Source: Methanobacteriaceae archaeon
GTDB taxonomy: Archaea; Methanobacteriota; Methanobacteria; Methanobacteriales; Methanobacteriaceae
NCBI GenBank assembly: GCA_003558085.1
Contig: PWMT01000170.1
Location: 1-17,246 of the forward strand
Reading direction: 5' to 3'
DNA length: 17,246 nucleotides
The translations under genes and the position numbers were made by a program. How positions within the stretch are numbered: the first letter of the stretch is position 1; each line of letters starts with the position of its first letter. The notes under the pieces were generated by a model. It did not search any database. It was not told the DNA's origin and saw only the letters and a program-made list of their open reading frames with translations. Below are positions 8,720 to 17,246 of the stretch, piece after piece.

Positions 8720-9747
8720 TACTCTCCCGTGAACATGAAACATTACCCTTGGCTGAATTAGAATCAGTACTTCTAGCAGAAAACATTGATTATAAATTGA
8801 ATACAATATCTACAGGCATTATTCAGATTAAAACTTCAAACAAAGAGGTTTACTCAATATTGGGGGAAAGATTGGCCTATACTCATGAAATAAATCAACT
8901 AATAAGTTGTACAGATCTCTCTAATATTAAAAAAACCTTTTCTTGGATTAAGTGGGAAGATATTTTAGGCCCTAATTTTGCTGTTCGGGTTAAAAAAGTA
9001 AGTTATAGTGAGCATGTTGATTGTCAAGATCTGGAAAGATCTCTAGGGAAGATCATAAAGAATAAGGTGAAAGAGAAAAGTTCAGTGAAATTAGAAAAAC
9101 CATCTACCTTTATCAGGGTTCTGATAACTGATTTTATAGTTTTAATAGGTTTAAGATTAGTTAAAATTGATAAAAAACATTTTTTCAAACTCAAACCTCA
9201 TAAAAGGCCCTTTTTTTATCCAGGATCTATGAGTCCCAAACTGGCCCGGTGCATGGTCAACTTAGCACAGATAAGATCTGGAGATTTATTATTAGATCCT
9301 TTTTGCGGAACCGGCGGAATATTAATTGAAGCAGGGATCATTGGTGCTCATTTAATTGGGGTTGATATTGATGATAAGATGGTACAGGGCACTATAAAAA
9401 ATTTAGAATATTGTCAGATTAAAGATTATCAAGTATTTCAAGCCGACGCCCGGGATTTAAAGTTAAAAGAAAAGGTTAAGGGAGTGGTTACTGATCCGCC
9501 CTACGGTATCTCGGCCTCCACTGCAGGTGAAGTTAGTGAAAAAATTTACCAGAGATTTTTAGAATCAATAGCAGATAATATGCTGGAAAATAGTCGGATT
9601 TGTATGGCCACCCCTCATTATGTAAACTTGAAACCATTCCTAAAACATAAACTAAAAATAGTGGACCGTCATGAAATTAGAATGCATAAAAGCCTAACCC
9701 GGATTATCTATGTACTAAAAAAAGTAAATAAAGGATCTAGTTATTAG
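8704..9747 (+). CDS. trmG10: tRNA (guanine-10)-N2 methyltransferase (Trm11/TrmG10; THUMP + SAM methyltransferase)
   Basis: THUMP-like FAVRVKK, RPFFYPGSMSPKLARCMVNL, DPFCGTGG, DPPYG, HKSLTR; overlaps the upstream gene by 16 nt. Confidence 0.88.
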   Translation: MEFFLILSREHETLPLAELESVLLAENIDYKLNTISTGIIQIKTSNKEVYSILGERLAYTHEINQLISCTDLSNIKKTFSWIKWEDILGPNFAVRVKKVSYSEHVDCQDLERSLGKIIKNKVKEKSSVKLEKPSTFIRVLITDFIVLIGLRLVKIDKKHFFKLKPHKRPFFYPGSMSPKLARCMVNLAQIRSGDLLLDPFCGTGGILIEAGIIGAHLIGVDIDDKMVQGTIKNLEYCQIKDYQVFQADARDLKLKEKVKGVVTDPPYGISASTAGEVSEKIYQRFLESIADNMLENSRICMATPHYVNLKPFLKHKLKIVDRHEIRMHKSLTRIIYVLKKVNKGSSY

Positions 9748-9974
9748 TTTTTGCTTCTATCTGCATCCTCCTGAGTAAACAATTTAGAGTAAAACCTTTT
9801 TTTTACTTTTCAATTTTTATATAGGTAAAACCTAATCTATCCACTATAAATGGTAGGATAATCATATTTTTAATTCCATACTCAAATCATAAATATCAAG
9901 CATAAATTAAATTATTTTAAAAGATAGTTTTAATAAAAATAAACCATAATTAATAAGTTTTTTAGGGGATTTAA

Positions 9975-11468
9975 TTGCAAATTAAAGTTTTAGATACTAC
10001 ATTAAGAGACGGAGAACAGACTCCTGGAGTTTCACTAACCCCTGATGAAAAATTACGTATAGCTATAGGACTAGATGCTTTAGGAGTAGATATAATTGAA
10101 GCAGGATCAGCCATTACCTCTGAGGGTGAACGGGAAGGTATCAAAAAAATCACAGAGGAGGGTCTTTCTGCAGAAATATGTAGCTTTACCCGAGCAGTTC
10201 AATCAGACATTGATGCTGCTTTAGATTGTGGTGTGGATAGTATACACTTGGTGGTACCTACTTCTGATTTACATCTAGAACATAAACTGCGCAAAACCAG
10301 GGAAGAAGTTTTACTGCAAGCAGTAGATTGCACCCAATATGCTGTGGATCATGGCCTGCTAGTGGAATTATCTGCTGAAGATTCCACCCGGAGCGATATA
10401 GATTATCTCAAAGAAATGTTTAACCAAGGTATTCAGGCTGGTGCTAAACGTATCTGCGCCTGTGATACCGTGGGATTCTTAACACCGGATACTTCCTTCA
10501 AATTTTATAAAGAGTTAAGTAAATTAAAGGCCCCAGTAAGTGTGCATTGTCATAATGACTTTGGATTGGCAGTGGCTAATTCTATATCTGGACTTAAAGC
10601 TGGTGCCAGCGAAGTTCATGCCACCATCAATGGAATTGGTGAAAGGGCAGGTAATGCTGCCTTAGAAGAAATAGTGGTGGCATTATATTCCTTATATGAT
10701 ATTAAAACTAATGTAAATATTCAGCTACTCTATGAAACATCTCGAATGGTTGCCCGTATGACTGGGGTATATTTACAGCCAAATAAAGCAATAGTGGGAG
10801 AAAATGCATTTGCTCATGAGTCGGGGATTCATGCTGATGGTGTGATTAAAAAATCTGAAACTTATGAGCCAATAACACCGGAACTAGTAGGACATCAACG
10901 CAGATTTGTCATGGGCAAACATATTGGAACCCATCTGCTTAAAAAACGATTGGAAGAATTAGGTTTGAAAGTAGATGAAAAACAGTTAATGCAGATTTTC
11001 CAAAGAATAAAATCATTAGGGGATATGGGTAAATGTGTCACTGATGTGGATCTGCAGGCTATCACTGAAGATGTACTAGGAATTCTACAGGAAAAAATAG
11101 TGGATTTGGAAGAAGTAACCATTGTCTCTGGAAATAAAGTAATCCCCACTGCATCAGTCAAGTTAAAAATTAATAATAAAGAGATATTAGAGGCGGGTGT
11201 AGGCATAGGTCCAGTGGATGCAGCTATAATTGCTATAAAAAAGAGTATAGCTGATTTTGCTGATATTACTTTAGAGGAATACCATGTAGATGCTATAACT
11301 GGAGGTACTGATGCTCTAATTGATGTGGTGGTGAAACTACGTTATGAGGATAAGGTTGTCTCAGCCCGCAGCACCCAGCCCGATATTATCATGGCCAGTG
11401 TGGAAGCCTTTTTAAGTGGAGTTAATCGTTTATTAGGGGATAAATTCACTGCTGAAGATTTGACTTAG
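9975..11468 (+). CDS. cimA: (R)-citramalate synthase (LeuA/CimA family)
   Basis: [31 protein letters not shown] and a C-terminal regulatory domain with GPVDA; TTG start with SD AGGGGA. CimA rather than LeuA/AksA is based on recalled similarity to methanogen CimA (HLVVPTS) and context. Confidence 0.82.
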   Translation: MQIKVLDTTLRDGEQTPGVSLTPDEKLRIAIGLDALGVDIIEAGSAITSEGEREGIKKITEEGLSAEICSFTRAVQSDIDAALDCGVDSIHLVVPTSDLHLEHKLRKTREEVLLQAVDCTQYAVDHGLLVELSAEDSTRSDIDYLKEMFNQGIQAGAKRICACDTVGFLTPDTSFKFYKELSKLKAPVSVHCHNDFGLAVANSISGLKAGASEVHATINGIGERAGNAALEEIVVALYSLYDIKTNVNIQLLYETSRMVARMTGVYLQPNKAIVGENAFAHESGIHADGVIKKSETYEPITPELVGHQRRFVMGKHIGTHLLKKRLEELGLKVDEKQLMQIFQRIKSLGDMGKCVTDVDLQAITEDVLGILQEKIVDLEEVTIVSGNKVIPTASVKLKINNKEILEAGVGIGPVDAAIIAIKKSIADFADITLEEYHVDAITGGTDALIDVVVKLRYEDKVVSARSTQPDIIMASVEAFLSGVNRLLGDKFTAEDLT

Positions 11469-11485
11469 ATAGAAAATAGCTCATC

Positions 11486-11517
11486 AACTACTATTTTTAA
11501 CGCTTTTTATAGTAGTT
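11486..11517 (+). terminator. 9-bp perfect inverted repeat with T-rich loop downstream of cimA
   Basis: AACTACTAT 11486-11494 and ATAGTAGTT 11509-11517 enclose two T tracts; function inferred. Confidence 0.4.
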
Positions 11518-11557
11518 TGAAATTTCTTTAATTAAATAAAAAAATTATTCTGGTAGT

Positions 11558-12061
11558 ATGCCCTTTTTAGATCAAATTAAAATAGAAATCCTGGGATTTA
11601 AAGCATTTATTGAAGATGTGGATGCTATCCTGGCTTTGGTAAATGAATTATCATCAGATTGCACCATACAACTTATGGATGCCCAGGCTGTAGCCGGCCA
11701 AAAACATGTTCTTCATGCTACTTTACATGCTTTAAGAGCATTCCAAAAGGAATATAATATTGCTTATGATCTGGGAATGGAGATCTGTCTACGTACTTCT
11801 GCACAAAGACAAATATCTAAAGCCCTGCAAATTTTAGGATTAAAAGAAGGCCCTTGTGATATATGCGCAGTACTAGTGGATTGTGAGATAGGGGTGGTTA
11901 AAAAATTGGAAGATATATTTCAACGGAATGATCAGGTACTCTTACCTCAAAAAGATATCTTAATAGATATATATGATCTCTCCCCCCTGGAAATCCAACT
12001 CACTGATGATTTGACCAGTATTTTAATGGAGCAGACTAGCTTACTCATTATAGAACAATAA
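11558..12061 (+). CDS. cgi121: KEOPS complex subunit Cgi121
   Basis: IQLMDA...HVLHA...NIAYDLGMEICLRTSAQRQISKALQILG pattern. Confidence 0.9.
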   Translation: MPFLDQIKIEILGFKAFIEDVDAILALVNELSSDCTIQLMDAQAVAGQKHVLHATLHALRAFQKEYNIAYDLGMEICLRTSAQRQISKALQILGLKEGPCDICAVLVDCEIGVVKKLEDIFQRNDQVLLPQKDILIDIYDLSPLEIQLTDDLTSILMEQTSLLIIEQ

Positions 12062-12105
12062 TTTATTCTTGAAAATTGAATTTAGAATTTTAGGCAAATT
12101 TTTGT

Positions 12106-13086
12106 CTAAAACATTATATCGGTTATCACTGCTGAAATTTCCCTTAAATTTTTTTTGTTTAAACAATCTGGATCCAGATTTTTAATTTCCACACAAACTG
12201 CTCTCTCCTCTATACGATCGTAACGGGGACAAATGGTGATAATGTTTTTACCTTCCACATTTAGGGAACTTCTTAATTCTTGAGCCCTTCTAGGAGGATC
12301 GCTACAGGGTAGGATAAGATTGGTTCCACTTCTCTTTTGATGGATAACTTCTTTAATTCGGTTTTTTAAGTAAGAAGTGGCTTGGCTAAGTTTTTTATAA
12401 TTATCACCTGCAAATTCAAGTTCCTGAGCAATACCCGCTGCAATAATAGGACTGCTACGAAAACTTCGAATTAGAAGGCTTGATTTATCCAAAATTTCCT
12501 GTTTATCAGTACTGATAAAGCCTCCGCTTCCCACATTAACTAGTTTAGGTGATCCTGTGGAAGCTAAAATAATATTGGATATTTTTCCATTTCCTAACTT
12601 CTTTTCAGGGTCTCCTATTGCGCCTGATGCATCTTCTACTACTAAGATCTCCTGATCTTTACAAAAATTAGCTAATTCTAAAATAGGTTGTTCTGCAGTG
12701 TAAGCAGCCAAACTACTGATAAATAAAGCTTGGGGATTTTCAGCAATATTATTTAGTGATTCTTCCAGTAAATCTACGGATAATAAACCCTTATCAGTCT
12801 CTACTTTTATCAAATCTTTAGAGAGGAAATCAGCTATTTTCAAAACTCCAGACCAGGATCCTTGATCCGGGACTAAGATGGGGCCTTCTAAAGAATTTAA
12901 AACTATCATTATAGCTGCATTTCCACTGTTTACCACCCTAACATGTTTATGGCCAGTGATTATCTTTAATTTTTCCTGGGCTTTCCTTAACTGGGGATGC
13001 ATGCCCTTATAGATATTACTATCCTGGGCAGTAAGGGCCATGGCTTCTTGAGTTTTTTTATGAGCTCTTTTATATTTCAAATGCAA
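12106..13086 (-). CDS. PLP-dependent fold-type-I protein, DegT/DnrJ/EryC1/StrS-like, function unknown
   Basis: VNSGNAAI, VVEDASGAIG and STGSPKLVNVGSGGFI (candidate PLP lysine); TTG start. Confidence 0.75.
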   Translation of the reverse strand: MHLKYKRAHKKTQEAMALTAQDSNIYKGMHPQLRKAQEKLKIITGHKHVRVVNSGNAAIMIVLNSLEGPILVPDQGSWSGVLKIADFLSKDLIKVETDKGLLSVDLLEESLNNIAENPQALFISSLAAYTAEQPILELANFCKDQEILVVEDASGAIGDPEKKLGNGKISNIILASTGSPKLVNVGSGGFISTDKQEILDKSSLLIRSFRSSPIIAAGIAQELEFAGDNYKKLSQATSYLKNRIKEVIHQKRSGTNLILPCSDPPRRAQELRSSLNVEGKNIITICPRYDRIEERAVCVEIKNLDPDCLNKKNLREISAVITDIMF

Positions 13087-13122
13087 AATACAGCCTCGGT
13101 AATCTTAATTCTATTCTAAGGA

Positions 13123-14298
<1,176 letters not shown>

Positions 14299-14334
14299 GG
14301 GCTTAAATTTTCCTTTACTAGCATTTTATATGAT

Positions 14335-14823
14335 TTATATTTCTTCTCTAGGAATAAAGTTTAAGGAAGCTGAATTCATACAGTAGCGCAATCCCGTAGG
14401 TGGAGGACCATCATCAAAAAGATGGCCTAAATGGGCCTGACAGCGAGCACATAAAACTTCTGTTCTAACCATTAATAAAGTACGATCGGTTTCGGTTTTA
14501 ATATTTTCCTCAGCCACTGGTTCCCAGAAACTGGGCCAGCCTGTACCTGAATCAAATTTGGTTTGTGAATCAAAAAGGTCAGTTCCACAGCAAACACACT
14601 GATAAATACCGTCTCCATGATGGTCATGATATTTACCAGTGAAGGCCAGTTCAGTTCCTTTCTTACGAGCTACCTTAAACTGTTCAGGACTTAAAATTGA
14701 TTTCCATTCTTCATCAGTTTTTTCTACTTTATCTACCACCTCGATTTTATTCTTCTTAACTGAGTAGATAGGTATTTTTTCATTTTTTGAAGATGTCATA
14801 TACTTATTTTTTAACTCCATCAT
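14335..14823 (-). CDS. msrB: Peptide methionine-(R)-sulfoxide reductase, zinc-binding type
   Basis: GTELAFTG, CVCC and CARC zinc motifs, KFDSGTGWPSF, HLGHLF.DGP, RYCMNS; the exact start among several Met codons is uncertain. Confidence 0.96.
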   Translation of the reverse strand: MMELKNKYMTSSKNEKIPIYSVKKNKIEVVDKVEKTDEEWKSILSPEQFKVARKKGTELAFTGKYHDHHGDGIYQCVCCGTDLFDSQTKFDSGTGWPSFWEPVAEENIKTETDRTLLMVRTEVLCARCQAHLGHLFDDGPPPTGLRYCMNSASLNFIPREEI

Positions 14824-15065
14824 TTATGAAAATGTTTGTTTTAATTTAATTTTTCACTAGCTTCACCCTAATACCGGGCCCCCTTTGCTATTAGAAAAAA
14901 ACTTTTTTAGTTAAATTAAATTATCCTTATTAGAGCACATTATAACTTAAATATTGAATTTTTCTTTAAAAAAAAACAAATAAAGGGTAAATTAAATTTA
15001 TATCAAGCAAATAATTAATATGGGAGTATATAAAAAATCATCCACTTTTTCTTATATTTCTTTCT

Positions 15066-15185
15066 CTAATAGGCAAATTCGTGTCCACATTCAGTACAGA
15101 TGCAGGTGAGATCATCCTTTTCACTAAAACAATCCATCATACCCTCATAATCACATTGTGGACATTTTTTCAATTTACGGGTCAT
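15066..15185 (-). CDS. 39-aa Cys-rich zinc-ribbon-like microprotein (not in ORF track)
   Basis: ATG 15185 to TAG 15066 translates as MTRKLKKCPQCDYEGMMDCFSEKDDLTCICTECGHEFAY; CPQC and CTECG knuckles; purine-rich AGGAAG upstream; higher GC than its flanks. Confidence 0.8.
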   Translation of the reverse strand: MTRKLKKCPQCDYEGMMDCFSEKDDLTCICTECGHEFAY

Positions 15186-15570
15186 AACTTCAACTTCCTA
15201 AATTGAGTTAATATTTACTATGTACTTACCAGTAAAAGTATTTTATTTAAATAAAAATTCGAAACAGGTTAACTAAATAGTTTTAAGCATAAAACATAAA
15301 CATCCAAAGTTAAAGTTAACTTAGAACCTTTAATCTAGCTCCTCTTTTAGGAGAATCATGGTCTTTAATATTAGTATGTGTTATTTTACCATCTTGAATA
15401 TTTATAATTATTACCGGAAAAGTAGAGTCTATGGAAAATCTATTTTCAAATATTTTTTTAAGGATAATTATTCTATAAATAAGTATTAGGAATAGTGAGT
15501 TGTTTGCAGTTAATTTCTCCCTCCATAAGGATAAAAATTATATTTAAAATTAAATGATGGTGTTTGCTCT

Positions 15571-16758
15571 ATGGATAAGGTACCTGCTAGAGAATTAGAA
15601 AATCGTATGCAACGGTTTAAACAGGAAATGAACTCCCACGATCCTGATTGGGAGATGGCGGTGATATTTACTAACATAAATTTATATTATTTTACCGGCA
15701 CTATGCAGGATGGAATATTAATCATACCCAGCGATGCTGAAGCTACTTTATGGGTGAGAAGAAGTTATAAAAGGGCTAAATTAGAATCCATGTTCCAGGA
15801 TATAAGGCCCATGCAAAGTTTCCAGGATGCGGCAACTACAATAGAGGATTTTCCCTCCCAGATTTACCTGGAGATGGATAATTTACCCCTAGCTTTATAT
15901 CAACGATTAGAGAAACATTTCCCTTTCCAGGAAGTCATAGCATTGGATCCTGTTTTAAACATGGTTAGAGCAATAAAATCTGATTATGAATTGGCTTTAA
16001 TGGAAAAATCAGGCAAAATCCATGAAAGAGTCTTAGAAGAGATGGTGCCTTTATTGTTAAAAGAAGGTATTAGTGAAGCCCAGCTTACTGCAGAAATTTT
16101 TAAGGTACTGATTCAAGAAGGACATCATGGTGTAACCCGCTTTGGAATGTTTGATGCTCAAATAGTACTGGGACAGGTCTGCTTTGGAGAAAGCTCTAAT
16201 TATCCCTCTTATTTGAATAGTCCTGGGGGGAATTTAGGTTCACCAGCAGTGCCTCTATTTGGAAGTCGTGCTAGGAAACTTAAAAAAGGAGATTTAGTAT
16301 TTGTAGATGTAGGTTGTGGGGTGGAAGGATACCATACTGATAAAACCATGACCTACATGTTCGCTGAGCAATTAACTCCAGAAGCAGTGGATGCCCACCA
16401 GCAATGTGTGAATATACAAGATGAACTAGCAAATCAACTTAAACCTGGAAGTGTACCAGCAGAAATATATAGGGAAGTTATGGCTGACTTGGACTCTGAT
16501 TTTATTAAAAATTTCATGGGTTTTGAGGATAATCAAGTAAAATTTTTGGGGCATGGTATAGGTTTACTAGTGGATGAGCTACCAGTGATTGCGGAGGGTT
16601 TTAAACAGCCTTTAAAAGAGAACATGGTTTTAGCTCTGGAACCAAAAAAAGGCATAGAAGGAGTTGGAATGGTAGGTATTGAAAACACTTTTATAGTAAA
16701 ATCTAATGGTGGAAAGTCTATCACTGGTAAGAATCCAGGTTTAATACCGGTTTTTTAA
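15571..16758 (+). CDS. M24 family Xaa-Pro amino/dipeptidase-like metallopeptidase
   Basis: Creatinase-type N domain (NLYYFTG), [35 protein letters not shown]. Confidence 0.9.
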   Translation: MDKVPARELENRMQRFKQEMNSHDPDWEMAVIFTNINLYYFTGTMQDGILIIPSDAEATLWVRRSYKRAKLESMFQDIRPMQSFQDAATTIEDFPSQIYLEMDNLPLALYQRLEKHFPFQEVIALDPVLNMVRAIKSDYELALMEKSGKIHERVLEEMVPLLLKEGISEAQLTAEIFKVLIQEGHHGVTRFGMFDAQIVLGQVCFGESSNYPSYLNSPGGNLGSPAVPLFGSRARKLKKGDLVFVDVGCGVEGYHTDKTMTYMFAEQLTPEAVDAHQQCVNIQDELANQLKPGSVPAEIYREVMADLDSDFIKNFMGFEDNQVKFLGHGIGLLVDELPVIAEGFKQPLKENMVLALEPKKGIEGVGMVGIENTFIVKSNGGKSITGKNPGLIPVF

Positions 16759-16955
16759 AAAGTGGAAGCTAAGATTCTATACTTTAATTAAAATTTCTAA
16801 TATACGGATTTATTTTTTTATATGAATGTATTTAAAACCAAATTTTATATAAATAGTTTAATTCATTACTTTTAATTAGAAAAATGATTGCAACTTGATA
16901 ATAATCCACTTATCATTGGTTTATAAAGAAATTGAATGGTTATTTCATTGGTTTA

Positions 16956-17246
16956 TCAGGCAAATTCAATGGTACTAGGTGGTTTATCACTCACTGAAAG
17001 TGCCACATGAGTTACTTCTGGGATTTCAGCGGTTATCTTTCGGGAAATATTTTTTATCATATTCCATGGTAGAGGAGGTACCTCAGCGGTCATTGCATCC
17101 AATGATTCTACCATTCTAAGCACCACCAAATAACCATAATCTCGCACATCGCCTTTAACTCCCGTTACTTTAGTATCAGTCAACACCGCAAAGTACTGCC
17201 ACAGGCTTTTATCCAGTCCTTCCTGATGTATTTCTTCTTCTACAAT
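16956..17246 (-). CDS. guaAB: GMP synthase subunit B (ATP pyrophosphatase), 3' part; continues beyond the window
   Basis: The frame is open from the window edge: IVEEEI...WQYFAVL...[11 protein letters not shown]...S.DAMTA...KPPSTIEFA. Confidence 0.92.
   Translation of the reverse strand: MVEEEIHQEGLDKSLWQYFAVLTDTKVTGVKGDVRDYGYLVVLRMVESLDAMTAEVPPLPWNMIKNISRKITAEIPEVTHVALSVSDKPPSTIEFA

Noticed and set aside
9850-9861. ATG GTA GGA TAA mini-ORF upstream of cimA as an attenuator leader
   Set aside because: Only three codons, with no Ile/Leu run and no convincing alternative structures.
14861-14894. Short GC-rich patch with a 6-bp stem (CTAATA/TATTAG) upstream of msrB, considered as a SECIS-like or riboswitch element
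   Set aside because: MsrB has a normal catalytic Cys with no in-frame TGA, and the stem is too weak to support a call.
15241-15256. Perfect 16-bp palindrome TTTTATTTAAATAAAA
   Set aside because: It contains only A/T in a very AT-rich spacer, so it is plausibly chance or just a TATA region.
15358-15489. 43-codon + strand ORF (MVFNISMCYF...) preceded by AGGAG
   Set aside because: Its F/Y/I/N/K composition is typical of translated AT-rich non-coding DNA, and the SD spacing is short and within a small hairpin. Not fully excluded.

Overview
AT-rich, gene-dense core-genome region of a methanogenic archaeon. Gene content and order resemble Methanobacteriales as I recall them (MTH734-MTH721 region of Methanothermobacter; not checked by search). 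Order: pseudomurein-type Mur ligase (5'-truncated, with an in-frame TAA), two uncharacterised envelope proteins, DUF356 protein, MBF1, PAN proteasome ATPase, an unannotated box C/D sRNA, UPF0280/ApbE-like protein, bPH-domain membrane protein, geranylgeranyl-reductase-family protein, Trm11/TrmG10, cimA, cgi121, PLP-dependent DegT-like protein, Nre DNA-repair protein, msrB, an unannotated 39-aa Cys-rich microprotein, M24 peptidase and the 3' end of GMP synthase subunit B. I saw no CRISPR array, transposase or integrase. The best signals missing from the ORF track are: (1) a 56-nt box C/D guide RNA whose D' guide fits C34 of intron-containing pre-tRNA-Met; (2) the nonsense codon in the Mur ligase; (3) a probable ATT start for the DUF356 gene; (4) the zinc-ribbon microprotein; (5) the two envelope genes next to the Mur ligase.
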